A stretch of DNA of 64,000 bases, from the NCBI GenBank assembly GCA_029007295.1, contig JAQXHN010000018.1, positions 32,096-96,095 of the forward strand. Direction: 5' to 3'. The notes beneath the pieces are model-generated. The model was not told the DNA's origin. It saw only the letters and a program-made list of their open reading frames with translations, and made no database searches. Position numbers and translations under genes: made by a program. Source of the DNA: Clostridia bacterium. GTDB taxonomy: Bacteria > Bacillota > Clostridia > Oscillospirales > CAG-272. Of the stretch, positions 9,936 to 19,166 are shown in pieces; within the stretch, counting starts at the first letter, position 1, and each line of letters begins with the position of its first letter.

Positions 9936-10882
9936 TTATGAAGGTAGATATCTGGGTTCTTATTTCCACGACGCTCACCATGCTGATTCTGATATGCGTC
10001 GGTTATTTCAGCGCAAAAAAGGGACTGCTTGATGAAAAATTTTCAAAAAAGCTCTCTTCACTGATAGTATACATCTGCCAGCCGGCTCTTTTGGTCGGTT
10101 CGCTTATGAACGTGGGGTACTCGAAGGAAATGCTCGTTAAGGGCGGTATGATCGTTCTTCTGTCGGCAGGTGTTCACCTTATGAATGTGCTTGTCGCTCT
10201 CGGCTTTTCCGCCCCGATAAAGGATATCAACGAGCGCACGGTTATTTCATATTCGGTAACCTTTTCCAACTGCGCTTTCTTCGGCTTTCCCGTTTTAAAA
10301 TCGGTTTTCGGAGACGAGGGCGTTTTCTGGGGCTCGTTTTACTGCATTGTCTTCAACATTCTCGTTTGGACGTGGGGTATGTTTACCTTGTCGAGAGCAA
10401 ACAAGGAAATAAAAATGAATCCGAGGAAAATGTTTGTAAACTTCGGTACTGTCCCCTGCGCTATAGGCATTGTGCTTTACATAACGCAAATGTCCGAAAA
10501 AATCCCCAAGCCGATTACGCTGTCGCTCGATTATCTGTCGGGCTTGTGTACGCCTATTTCCATGCTTATTATCGGTGCTTTACTTGCAAGGCTTCCTTTA
10601 AAAAAGGTATTCTTTTCGCCTAAGTCGTATTATCTTTGCCTTGTAAAGCTCGTTATATTGCCGGCGATTGTTGCGATTGTGCTTGCGCTTGCCGGTCTTT
10701 CAAAGGATTTGGTTTGCTTCGGCGCATTGATGGCAGGCTTTCCCGTTGCGGCTACCTCGTCGGCGTTCTCTGAGAAGTATTCGATAGCGCCGGAATTTTC
10801 CTCGGTGTGCGTAGGTCTTTCAACGATTCTGTCTGTTGCGACCGTTCCGATTATAGTGACCGCCATAGACAAATTGGTTTAA
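9932..10882 (+). CDS. AEC (auxin efflux carrier) family transporter
   Basis: 316-aa polytopic membrane protein with the AEC-type two-half architecture. 4-nt overlap with the udg stop. Confidence 0.8.
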   Translation: MIMKVDIWVLISTTLTMLILICVGYFSAKKGLLDEKFSKKLSSLIVYICQPALLVGSLMNVGYSKEMLVKGGMIVLLSAGVHLMNVLVALGFSAPIKDINERTVISYSVTFSNCAFFGFPVLKSVFGDEGVFWGSFYCIVFNILVWTWGMFTLSRANKEIKMNPRKMFVNFGTVPCAIGIVLYITQMSEKIPKPITLSLDYLSGLCTPISMLIIGALLARLPLKKVFFSPKSYYLCLVKLVILPAIVAIVLALAGLSKDLVCFGALMAGFPVAATSSAFSEKYSIAPEFSSVCVGLSTILSVATVPIIVTAIDKLV

Positions 10883-10898
10883 TATTTGAACGAAAGAA

Positions 10899-10946
10899 AA
10901 TACTGCGCTCCAGTGCGATTGCACGGGAGCGCAGTATTGTTTTTTA
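10899..10946. terminator. Bidirectional intrinsic terminator
   Basis: AATACTGCGCTCC...GGGAGCGCAGTATT long hairpin followed by GTTTTTTATTT, between convergent genes. Confidence 0.7.
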
Positions 10947-10962
10947 TTTACATCGATTTAGC

Positions 10963-12705
10963 TTAAAAGTTAAAGGCCTGTTCCGAGGATTCCACAGCTG
11001 CAAGACCACTGGATTGGGAACCGATAAGATCCTCAACCGGAACTCCCGCATCCTCGAAAGCTTCAATCAAAGCCTCGACATCAATTATATTTTGAATGCC
11101 GTCTAAGTCATCTTCATCTTCAATTCTATATACATTACTGCTATTCGGCATTTTAATATTTGCTTCATCACCGGTTTTTTCAAATGAAACAGCAATGAAC
11201 GACATACCCGATACGGAAAAGTCGAGCTTAATTGCGCCGTCCGTAAATATAACGGCAATATCGAGCTGACCGAGCATCTGCGGGACCTCCCCGCCTAAAG
11301 AGTCCGCCGACAGCTTGACTGTTCCTCTCGGCGCACCGTCCTCAAAGCCAAAGTCTTCGGTTTCAAAGCTAAATACACTTTCGCCGTAACTTTGAAGTTC
11401 AAAATCACCGGTATATTTATCTTTTTTGCATGTTCCTGTGCCGATAACGGAAACGGTGTTATCGCCGATATACGCTTCAAAGCCGAACTTTCCGTCGTCC
11501 TCTGTCACCGCGTAGCTGAAGATTTCTTCTCCGCCCACAACAATGCGTTCGCCGACAATATCATCATCGTCAAGATAGCTGTAATATTCAATTTCCGGAA
11601 TACTGCTTATTACTTCTTCGTTCTTCAGCTCATCAATGGCTGAATCTATTTCCTGTATTAATTCGGAATATTCAACGCCGCCAAAGCACATCAAAAGGGG
11701 TTCAACAATGTTTTTAATATCCTTATCGTTCTTTACCGTTTCAAGGATTTTTAACAGAATCTCGGCACTTTGCTTCGAGTCGAGCTTAACCGCCATTTCG
11801 GTTAATTTCTGTTCAACCCCGTTAACATTAAGCGAAATGTCCTGAGAAACAGGCTCAAAGGAATCTAAAATAATATCAACATATCTTTCGATTATCTTTT
11901 CGATGTCAATGTCCTCGGGAAGAGCCTCCTGAAGCATTGATAAGTTTTCAAGCGCATCTTGGTACGAAAGGTCGCCCGAATAATTATCCATTACAGACGA
12001 AAGATTCATATATATGGGTCGATCCAAAATCTCAGGGACATCCATGATAATAGCATTATCGTTCTGATTATACGCTATTGCGACCGACACTATGTCGGTG
12101 GAATTTAACACCAACGTGCCTGCAAGCTTTACAACGCCTTCTTCGTCGTCATCGATATCAAGTCCAAGCTTGAATTCTATGTCGTCTAACCAGTCGATAT
12201 CCTCTTTGGAACCGAAACCAAACTGAGAAAGAAGAGCCTTGCCCTGTTCGGCAATATCAAGCTTTACGGAATATTCGCCTTCAATCAATTTTTTCGGGTT
12301 AATTTCGTTGATTACTTCGGCGTTTGCAATGATACCGGATTCTTTTTCCGCATTCTTAAATTCCTGCTTTTCGGAAATAAACATATCCTTAAATACCGTG
12401 AAGTACAGGATTGCCGCAACACCGAGAATTAAAACGGGAATTGCAATCGCAAGGAAAATTTTAAGCCCCTTCTTCTTTTTCTTTATCGGCTCCGGTGTAG
12501 GTACGGAATTAAAATACATTTGATTCTGTACAGGATCGACCTGCGGAGCTTCGTTAACGGGCTGTGTATAAGCGGTTCCCGTGTTTACGGCATTGTTGGT
12601 TGCCGTATTAACCGTTTGTGTCTGCGAAGCGAGCTGAGCTTCGCCGCAATACGGGCAGAATTTTGTTCCCTCGGAAATTTCTTTTCCGCATTTATTGCAA
12701 AACAT
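10963..12705 (-). CDS. Zinc-ribbon / single-pass membrane protein with a large acidic extracytoplasmic domain (function unknown)
   Basis: N-terminal CNKCG...CPYCG zinc ribbon, a Q/T/N-rich linker, a KKKKK-TM anchor, then about 480 aa rich in D/E. AAGGAAGG RBS. Confidence 0.7.
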   Translation of the reverse strand: MFCNKCGKEISEGTKFCPYCGEAQLASQTQTVNTATNNAVNTGTAYTQPVNEAPQVDPVQNQMYFNSVPTPEPIKKKKKGLKIFLAIAIPVLILGVAAILYFTVFKDMFISEKQEFKNAEKESGIIANAEVINEINPKKLIEGEYSVKLDIAEQGKALLSQFGFGSKEDIDWLDDIEFKLGLDIDDDEEGVVKLAGTLVLNSTDIVSVAIAYNQNDNAIIMDVPEILDRPIYMNLSSVMDNYSGDLSYQDALENLSMLQEALPEDIDIEKIIERYVDIILDSFEPVSQDISLNVNGVEQKLTEMAVKLDSKQSAEILLKILETVKNDKDIKNIVEPLLMCFGGVEYSELIQEIDSAIDELKNEEVISSIPEIEYYSYLDDDDIVGERIVVGGEEIFSYAVTEDDGKFGFEAYIGDNTVSVIGTGTCKKDKYTGDFELQSYGESVFSFETEDFGFEDGAPRGTVKLSADSLGGEVPQMLGQLDIAVIFTDGAIKLDFSVSGMSFIAVSFEKTGDEANIKMPNSSNVYRIEDEDDLDGIQNIIDVEALIEAFEDAGVPVEDLIGSQSSGLAAVESSEQAFNF

Positions 12706-12874
12706 GGCATACCTTCCTTAATTGTTATTTTGTATAACAATATAATATAGCAGAATTCAATTTATGTCAAGTAAAAGTTTAAAAAATCCACATAATAACA
12801 TATTTTCCGACGCCGAGAATAAATTACTATTGACTTTTTGTCGAAAAAGTTGTATACTTTTTTCGACAAAAATT

Positions 12875-13504
12875 ATGTCAAAAGGAAGTGTCGATTTGAA
12901 GCACGGTATTAGAAAGAAAATCGTTGAAAGAATTTCTTCTCTCGACGACGGATGCGTATTCGTTGTCGGCGATTTTTCCGATATCGCCGAAAGCAAAACA
13001 GCCTCTAAAACGCTGGCAAGGCTCTGCGAGGAAAAATCAATAGAAAAGCTGATGAGGGGCGTTTACCGTAAAAGCACAGTTGAAAAAGTGGAGCCGGACA
13101 CCATTGCAAAAGCGCTTGCAAGGGAAAATGCATGGAAAAGCATTCCCTGCGGCAAAACGGCGCTCCATCTTTCGGGACTTACGAAGGAAAAGCCGAGCAT
13201 TTGGACTTATGTAAGCGACGGAACCTACAGAACCTATTCCGTTATGGGCTATAATATTTCATTTTCGCACACCACGGTCAGAGGCTTTAATATGATGTCC
13301 GAAAAAACCGCGATGATTGTGGAAATTCTCCGCGCCTACGGTGAAAACGCCATACCGTATTCCAAGCTTAAGAGTTTATTTTCATATCTGAAGCCAAGCG
13401 AGATAGCCGAAATTCTCTCGGAAACAAAAAACTGTCCTAAATGGATTTACCTGGCAATAAAAAAACTGTTTATGCACCAAAATACTGTAGAGGAACAAAT
13501 ATGA
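12875..13504 (+). CDS. DUF6088 / AbiEi-antitoxin-like winged-helix protein
   Basis: Pattern ...FVVGDFSDIAESKTASKTLARLCEEKSIEKLMRGVYRK... followed by ...IPCGKTALHLSGLTKEKPSIWTYVSDGTYRTY..ISFSHT, which resembles AbiEi/DUF6088 proteins. I prefer the ATG at 12875; the track ORF begins at 12764. Confidence 0.55.
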   Translation: MSKGSVDLKHGIRKKIVERISSLDDGCVFVVGDFSDIAESKTASKTLARLCEEKSIEKLMRGVYRKSTVEKVEPDTIAKALARENAWKSIPCGKTALHLSGLTKEKPSIWTYVSDGTYRTYSVMGYNISFSHTTVRGFNMMSEKTAMIVEILRAYGENAIPYSKLKSLFSYLKPSEIAEILSETKNCPKWIYLAIKKLFMHQNTVEEQI

Positions 13505-15156
13505 ACGATACACAGATATTAAACGGCACGATGTATATGAACATGATAAGAGGCGGTGCCGCAAACCTTAATAAAAACAGAGTTGCGGTAAACGAGCTCA
13601 ATGTTTTTCCCGTTCCCGACGGCGATACGGGCGACAACATGTTCATGACCATAAATTCAGGCGCCGTTAATTTGGAAAACGAAGACGCCCCGATAGGGGA
13701 AATTTCAAGTGAGATAGCGCACCGTATGCTGTTGGGTGCGCGAGGAAATTCAGGGGTAATTCTTTCAAGGATTTTTGCGGGAATCGCAAACGGCCTTGCA
13801 GGCTGCAGCGACGCCGATATTCCCACCCTTGCCCATGCGCTCGAATGCGGCACGGACGAAGCTTATAAATCGGTCTCCTCTCCTGTTGAGGGCACTATTT
13901 TAACGGTTTGCCGCGAAAGCGTGCAATATGCCAATTCCAAGCTTAAGGACACTCCCACTCTGAAAAAATATTTTGAAAATCTGTTTACCGAAGCGCAGAA
14001 CTCTCTTGAGAGAACTCCGAGCCTGCTGGAGGAGCTTGCACAGGCAGGAGTTGTAGACAGCGGCGGCGCCGGATTTCTCTTTATTGTTGACGGAATGAAA
14101 AATGCGCTGAACAATGAAATAATTCCCGACGGTGAAGCAAGCTCCTCGGATCAGCCGAAGAATATCGATTTCTCCCTGTTCACCGAGGACAGCGAATGCA
14201 CCTACGGCTACTGTACCGAGCTTTTACTCCGTTTGCAGAGCGCAAAGGTCGATGTCAAAAGCTTTGACGAAAATATCATCGGCGATTTCCTGAACAAGGT
14301 CGGCGACTCGGTGGTTTTGGTTCGCAGCGGCTCCATTGTGAAGATTCACGTTCATACCAAGGCTCCCGGCGACATACTTAACGAATGTCAGAAATACGGT
14401 GAGTTTCTCACCGTAAAAACGGAAAATATGCAGCTCCAGCATAACGGTGCCGCAAAGCCTAAAAATATTACTCTTAAAACCGAAAATATACGAAAAAGCT
14501 TTGCAAGCGTCGTCTGCTGTAACGGAAAAGGAATGATGGATCTGTTCTCCTCGCTCGGCGCCGATTATATTGTTGACGGCGGCCAGAGCATGAATCCGTC
14601 GACAGAGGATTTCCTTTGCGCCTTTGACAAGGTCAACGCAGATAAAATATTCGTTTTTCCGAATAATAAAAACATCATCTTGGCGGCAAAGCAGGCGGGC
14701 TCCATGTACGAAAAATCCGAAGTATACATCGTAAACACAAAAACAGTGGGAGAGGGCTACGCCGCATTTTCAATGCTCGATACCTCTTCCGGAGACGCTA
14801 CGGCAATAACCGAGGAATTAAACGAGATCGCAAGCAACGTTACCACCGGTATGGTTTGCCGCTCTACAAAATCCGCACGCATAGACGGAATCGACATAGT
14901 TAAGGGTGATTATATCGGAATTGCAAACGGAAGCATCGTAACGAGCACCGCCGATTGCTCCGACACCGTTAAAGCTCTTTGCGAAAAGGTAAAGGCGTTT
15001 GAAAGCGATGTTTTAATTGTTCTTTGCGGGGAGGATTCTAAATCCGACGAGGCCGATGCGCTATGTGCCCATTTGCAAAAGAAATATCCCAAAACCGAAA
15101 TAATTATGTTAAAGGCAGACCAGCCTGTATATGATTATATATTGATTTTTGAATGA
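13501..15156 (+). CDS. fakA: DAK2-domain protein YloV / fatty acid kinase ATP-binding subunit FakA
   Basis: N-terminal Dak2 motifs (LNVFPVPDGDTGDNM, GARGNSGVILS) and a C-terminal DegV-like/FakA domain. The ATG overlaps the upstream stop (ATGA). Confidence 0.85.
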   Translation: MNDTQILNGTMYMNMIRGGAANLNKNRVAVNELNVFPVPDGDTGDNMFMTINSGAVNLENEDAPIGEISSEIAHRMLLGARGNSGVILSRIFAGIANGLAGCSDADIPTLAHALECGTDEAYKSVSSPVEGTILTVCRESVQYANSKLKDTPTLKKYFENLFTEAQNSLERTPSLLEELAQAGVVDSGGAGFLFIVDGMKNALNNEIIPDGEASSSDQPKNIDFSLFTEDSECTYGYCTELLLRLQSAKVDVKSFDENIIGDFLNKVGDSVVLVRSGSIVKIHVHTKAPGDILNECQKYGEFLTVKTENMQLQHNGAAKPKNITLKTENIRKSFASVVCCNGKGMMDLFSSLGADYIVDGGQSMNPSTEDFLCAFDKVNADKIFVFPNNKNIILAAKQAGSMYEKSEVYIVNTKTVGEGYAAFSMLDTSSGDATAITEELNEIASNVTTGMVCRSTKSARIDGIDIVKGDYIGIANGSIVTSTADCSDTVKALCEKVKAFESDVLIVLCGEDSKSDEADALCAHLQKKYPKTEIIMLKADQPVYDYILIFE

Positions 15157-15165
15157 GGTGATAAT

Positions 15166-16035
15166 ATGTTACAGTTATTTTCGGACACAGACCTTGATTT
15201 AACTCCTGAAAAGGCAAGGGAATACGGCTATAAGCTAATCAGCATGCCGTTCAGCATCGACGGTGAAACGACCTATCCCTACGCCGATTGCGATACCTTT
15301 GACATGCACGCATTTTACGAAAAGCTGAGAAACGGAGTCGTTCCTAACACCAGCGCCATTTCGGAAGAAAGCTACCGCAATTATTTTGAACCGTGCTTTG
15401 CAAACGGCGACGATATCCTTTACGTGCATTTTTCACGCAAAATGTCGGCAACTTTTGAAAACATGGACAGAGCCGTTAAAAGCTTGAAGGAGAAGTATCC
15501 CGAAAGAAAATTCTATACCGTTGACACCAAGGGTATTACAATTATCGGTTATATTATCGCCCTTTGTATCGGCGATATGGTCAAGCAGGGAAAGGGAATT
15601 GACGAGATCCTCGAATGGTCCGAAACCGAAATTGATAAATACGCCGTTTACTTCTTCTCCGACGATTTAAAATTCTTCCACCACAGCGGGCGTGTAAGCG
15701 GTCTTGCCGCCACGATGGGTACGATGCTCGGCGTACGCCCCATTATTTATATGAGCTCCGAGGGAAAAATGGAAAGCATCGGTAAGGAAAGGGGAAGACA
15801 GCGGGCTATTAACCGACTGATTCATGCAGTTGAGGAAATAGGCGATGACGTTGCAAATCACAGAGTCGTTATCGGAAATACGGACAACCGTGAGATTGCA
15901 CAGCAGATTGCCGACGCTCTGTATGAAAAATACGGCAAAAACACCGACATAACAATAATCGACGTTAACCCCACCGCCGGCAGTCACTGCGGTCCCGACT
16001 CCATCGGCATTGCATTCCACTCAAAACACAGGTAA
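15166..16035 (+). CDS. DegV family fatty-acid-binding protein (FakB-type)
   Basis: 289 aa of DegV family shape (LISMPFSIDGETTY..., ...GPDSIGIAF). Confidence 0.9.
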   Translation: MLQLFSDTDLDLTPEKAREYGYKLISMPFSIDGETTYPYADCDTFDMHAFYEKLRNGVVPNTSAISEESYRNYFEPCFANGDDILYVHFSRKMSATFENMDRAVKSLKEKYPERKFYTVDTKGITIIGYIIALCIGDMVKQGKGIDEILEWSETEIDKYAVYFFSDDLKFFHHSGRVSGLAATMGTMLGVRPIIYMSSEGKMESIGKERGRQRAINRLIHAVEEIGDDVANHRVVIGNTDNREIAQQIADALYEKYGKNTDITIIDVNPTAGSHCGPDSIGIAFHSKHR

Positions 16036-16045
16036 AAAGAGAATT

Positions 16046-17179
16046 ATGATTGAAATAAGAGAAGCGACGACAAAAAAAGAGCAGAAGAATTTTTTGAATT
16101 TTCCGCTTGAAATGTATAAAAACAATCCCTGCTTCGTACCGCCCCTTTATTCGAGCGAAAAGAAAATTTTCGGAAAAAGCTACTCATACTATGATACCTG
16201 CGAGGCGGTATATTACAACGCATACAGGGACGGCGTCATGGCAGGCAGAATCTCGGGAATTTTACAGCATACTTCAAATAAAATCAGAAATCAAAAGCGA
16301 GTCCGCTTTACCCGCTTCGACTGCATTGACGACGTTGATACGGCTCGGGCGCTCTTCGGAGCAGTCGAAAAATGGGCGCTTTCAAAAGGCATGGACACGA
16401 TTTGCGGTCCCTTGGGCTTTTCCGACCTTGAAAGAGAAGGGCTGTTAATCGAAGGCTTTGACGAGCTTTCCACCTTCGAGGAGCAGTATAATGCCGAATA
16501 TTACGGCAGACTAATCGAAGAGTGCGGTTATAATAAAGAGGTGGATTGGATTGAGAGTAAGATTTACCCGCCTAAGGATACCGAATCGCTCGATAAAATG
16601 AAAGACTATATAATGAAGAGGTATTCTCTTCGCTTCGGAGAGGCAAAAAACATAAACGAATTTATCAAAAAATACAAAAACGACTTTTTCCGTCTGCTGG
16701 ACGAAGGCTATGCCGACATTTACGGGTCTGTTCCTTTTACCGAGTCCATGAAAAAAGAAATAATATCAAATTTCAAGCTCGTTTGCGATACGGAGCATGT
16801 TGCCGTTATTCTCGACAAGGATAACCGTGCGGTATGTATGGGCTTTTGCATTCCGTCAATTTCCCGCGCGGTACAGAAATCAAAAGGGCATTTAACTCCC
16901 TGCGCCATAGTCAAAATTTTAAAATCCGTCCGCCGGCCGGAAATAATCGACCTCGGCCTGATTGCCGTAGACAAGGAATATCTTAACCGAGGAATCAGTA
17001 TAATTTTTTGTGCGGAAATTGCAAGAATGCTTAAGAAGCCGTACACAAAATACGCCGAAACCAATCTGAATTTAGAGGACAATCACTCAATACGTAATAT
17101 GTGGAAGCGCTTTGAGCAAATCGAACATAAGAAGCGACGCAGTTATGTAAAATATATAGGGGAGAACGTAAATGCGTAA
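16046..17179 (+). CDS. GNAT-fold acyltransferase-like protein, uncharacterised family
   Basis: About 377 aa from the ATG at 16046. MIEIREATTKKEQKNFLNFPLEMYKNNPCFVPPLYSSEKKIF resembles long GNAT-type proteins. The C-terminal IAVDKEYLNRGIS looks like an acetyl-CoA-binding beta4-alpha3 motif. No search was done. Confidence 0.45.
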   Translation: MIEIREATTKKEQKNFLNFPLEMYKNNPCFVPPLYSSEKKIFGKSYSYYDTCEAVYYNAYRDGVMAGRISGILQHTSNKIRNQKRVRFTRFDCIDDVDTARALFGAVEKWALSKGMDTICGPLGFSDLEREGLLIEGFDELSTFEEQYNAEYYGRLIEECGYNKEVDWIESKIYPPKDTESLDKMKDYIMKRYSLRFGEAKNINEFIKKYKNDFFRLLDEGYADIYGSVPFTESMKKEIISNFKLVCDTEHVAVILDKDNRAVCMGFCIPSISRAVQKSKGHLTPCAIVKILKSVRRPEIIDLGLIAVDKEYLNRGISIIFCAEIARMLKKPYTKYAETNLNLEDNHSIRNMWKRFEQIEHKKRRSYVKYIGENVNA

Positions 17180-18206
17180 AATTGTAATTGACTGCGCAGG
17201 CGGCGACAATTCGCCCAACGCACCGATAGAGGGAGCGCTTTCCGCTCTGGAAAAGTTTCCGGATTTGTACGTAATACTGTGCGGAAAGGAAGAGGAAATA
17301 TCAAGTATTCTGAGTGAAAAAGCTTATGACGGCGGCAGAGTTGAAATATTAAACGCAAGCGACGTCATCACCTGCCACGATAAGCCTACGGACGCTGTCA
17401 GATTAAAGAAGGACAGCTCTATGATGAGGTCTCTCAAGCTTTTGCGCGAGGATGACGGAATATTCGGTATGGTCTCCACCGGGTCAACGGGAGCCCTTGT
17501 TTGCGGCGCAACCCTGAGAATCGGCAGAATTAAAGGCGTTATCCGTCCGGCCTTCTGCCCGATACTTCCGACAATGGACGGCGGTATCGTAGGCATATGC
17601 GACACCGGCGCAAATATTGACATCACACCGGAGCATTTGAGACAGTTTGCGGTAATGGGCAGTCTTTACCTACGCTGTGCCTTCGGCGTGGAAAGCCCCA
17701 ACGTCGGACTTTTGAATATAGGAACGGAGGCCGAAAAGGGCGATGCCCTAAGAAAGGAAGCCTACCCGCTGCTTTCGGAAACAGAGGAAATTCGCTTCGG
17801 CGGAAATATGGAAGCAAGAGAGCTTCTCGAGGGTAAATTCGACCTTGTTTGCTGTGACGGATTTTCCGGGAACGTTCTGATTAAAGCTACCGAGGGAGCT
17901 TGTCTTGAAATGCTGAAAAAGCTGAAAAAGGATATTTTTTCCAGTTGGAAAAACAAGCTCGGCGCATTTATTATGAGAAAAATGTTCGCCGAAACAAAGG
18001 AATTTATGAATTACCAAAATTACGGCGGCAGTGTTCTTCTCGGCACCTCAAAGGTAATAGTAAAGGGACACGGCTCCAGCGACGCACGCGCCGTTTGCGC
18101 CTGTATTTCTCAGGCATACCGTATGGAGAGTGCAAGCTACGTCGAATGCGTCGAAGACGCACTTTTGAAAATCGAACAAAGAAACAGGGAGAAAGAAAAT
18201 GTATAA
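17172..18206 (+). CDS. plsX: Phosphate acyltransferase PlsX
   Basis: MRKIVIDCAGGDNSPNAPIEGA... and STGSTGAL motifs. Followed by acpP. Confidence 0.95.
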   Translation: MRKIVIDCAGGDNSPNAPIEGALSALEKFPDLYVILCGKEEEISSILSEKAYDGGRVEILNASDVITCHDKPTDAVRLKKDSSMMRSLKLLREDDGIFGMVSTGSTGALVCGATLRIGRIKGVIRPAFCPILPTMDGGIVGICDTGANIDITPEHLRQFAVMGSLYLRCAFGVESPNVGLLNIGTEAEKGDALRKEAYPLLSETEEIRFGGNMEARELLEGKFDLVCCDGFSGNVLIKATEGACLEMLKKLKKDIFSSWKNKLGAFIMRKMFAETKEFMNYQNYGGSVLLGTSKVIVKGHGSSDARAVCACISQAYRMESASYVECVEDALLKIEQRNREKENV

Positions 18207-18423
18207 CGAACTGAAAAAGGCACTCGCAAAGCAGCTTCGCATAGACGAGTCGGCAATCGTGCCGGAATCGAAAATAATCGACGATTTGGGAGCCGACTCG
18301 CTGGATGTCTTGCAGCTTTTAATGACGATAGAAGAGGAATACGGCATAACCATTCCGGACGAAGCGCTGGCGGAATTCAAGACGGTTTCGGATATTTCCG
18401 AATACCTTGATTCAAGACGCTGA
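18199..18423 (+). CDS. acpP: Acyl carrier protein
   Basis: 74 aa containing the DLGADSLD phosphopantetheine attachment motif. Confidence 0.95.
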   Translation: MYNELKKALAKQLRIDESAIVPESKIIDDLGADSLDVLQLLMTIEEEYGITIPDEALAEFKTVSDISEYLDSRR

Positions 18424-18470
18424 TTCTCTCGGCGCTTTAACCCTTGCGGTATGTCGATAAGGCTTTAATC

Positions 18471-19166
18471 ATGCAGATTAAACTTAATCCGCGGCTTAAA
18501 AAAATTGCCGAGAATATACCTGTAAATTCCGATGTTATAGACGTAGGCTCCGACCATGCTCATCTTCCGATTTATCTTATTCAAAACGGGATTTGCAAAA
18601 ACGTCCTTGCGTCGGATTTGCGCTCCGGTCCCTGCGAAAAAGCAAGAGAGAATATCGCTCTTTACGGTTTGTCCGACAGAATAAAGGTGGTTCAGACAAA
18701 CGGGCTTGAAAAGCTCGGGGACTATCCGTGCTCCTGCATTGTAATAGCAGGCATGGGCGCACAAATAATGACGCAGATTTTAAAGGGAAGCAATATCCCT
18801 AAAAACGAGAATATTACTCTCATTCTGCAACCGCAAAAATACCAGGAACGCCTTCGCAAATATCTTTCGGACGAAGGCTTTCTTATTGACTCGGAGCTGC
18901 TTGTCCGCGACGGCCGTTTATACACGGTTATCGCAGCCCATTATACGGGAAAGCCTTACAGGCTTAGCGAAGCCGAGCTTTATCTCGGCAAAAAATCCGC
19001 CCGAAAATCTGCAGATTTGTTTCCTTTTCTTGCAAAAAATCTGACAGATAAATTGAAGAGAATTATTAAAACCAAAGAAAACGCTTTTGACGAGGAGAGA
19101 CTGCTGGCTTTGATCGAAGCCGATATAAACGGAGAGAAAAAATATGAAAAAAAGCGAATTATATAA
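18471..19166 (+). CDS. trmK: tRNA (adenine22-N1)-methyltransferase TrmK
   Basis: MQIKLNPRLKKIAENI...DVGSDHAHLPIYL is the typical TrmK N-terminus. I prefer the start at 18471 over the track's 18444. Confidence 0.85.
   Translation: MQIKLNPRLKKIAENIPVNSDVIDVGSDHAHLPIYLIQNGICKNVLASDLRSGPCEKARENIALYGLSDRIKVVQTNGLEKLGDYPCSCIVIAGMGAQIMTQILKGSNIPKNENITLILQPQKYQERLRKYLSDEGFLIDSELLVRDGRLYTVIAAHYTGKPYRLSEAELYLGKKSARKSADLFPFLAKNLTDKLKRIIKTKENAFDEERLLALIEADINGEKKYEKKRII

Noticed and set aside
12875-13504. Possibility of a complete AbiEi/AbiEii type IV toxin-antitoxin (abortive infection) pair.
   Set aside because: No nucleotidyltransferase-like toxin gene follows or precedes it; the next gene is fakA. 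I therefore report it only as an orphan AbiEi/DUF6088-like gene.
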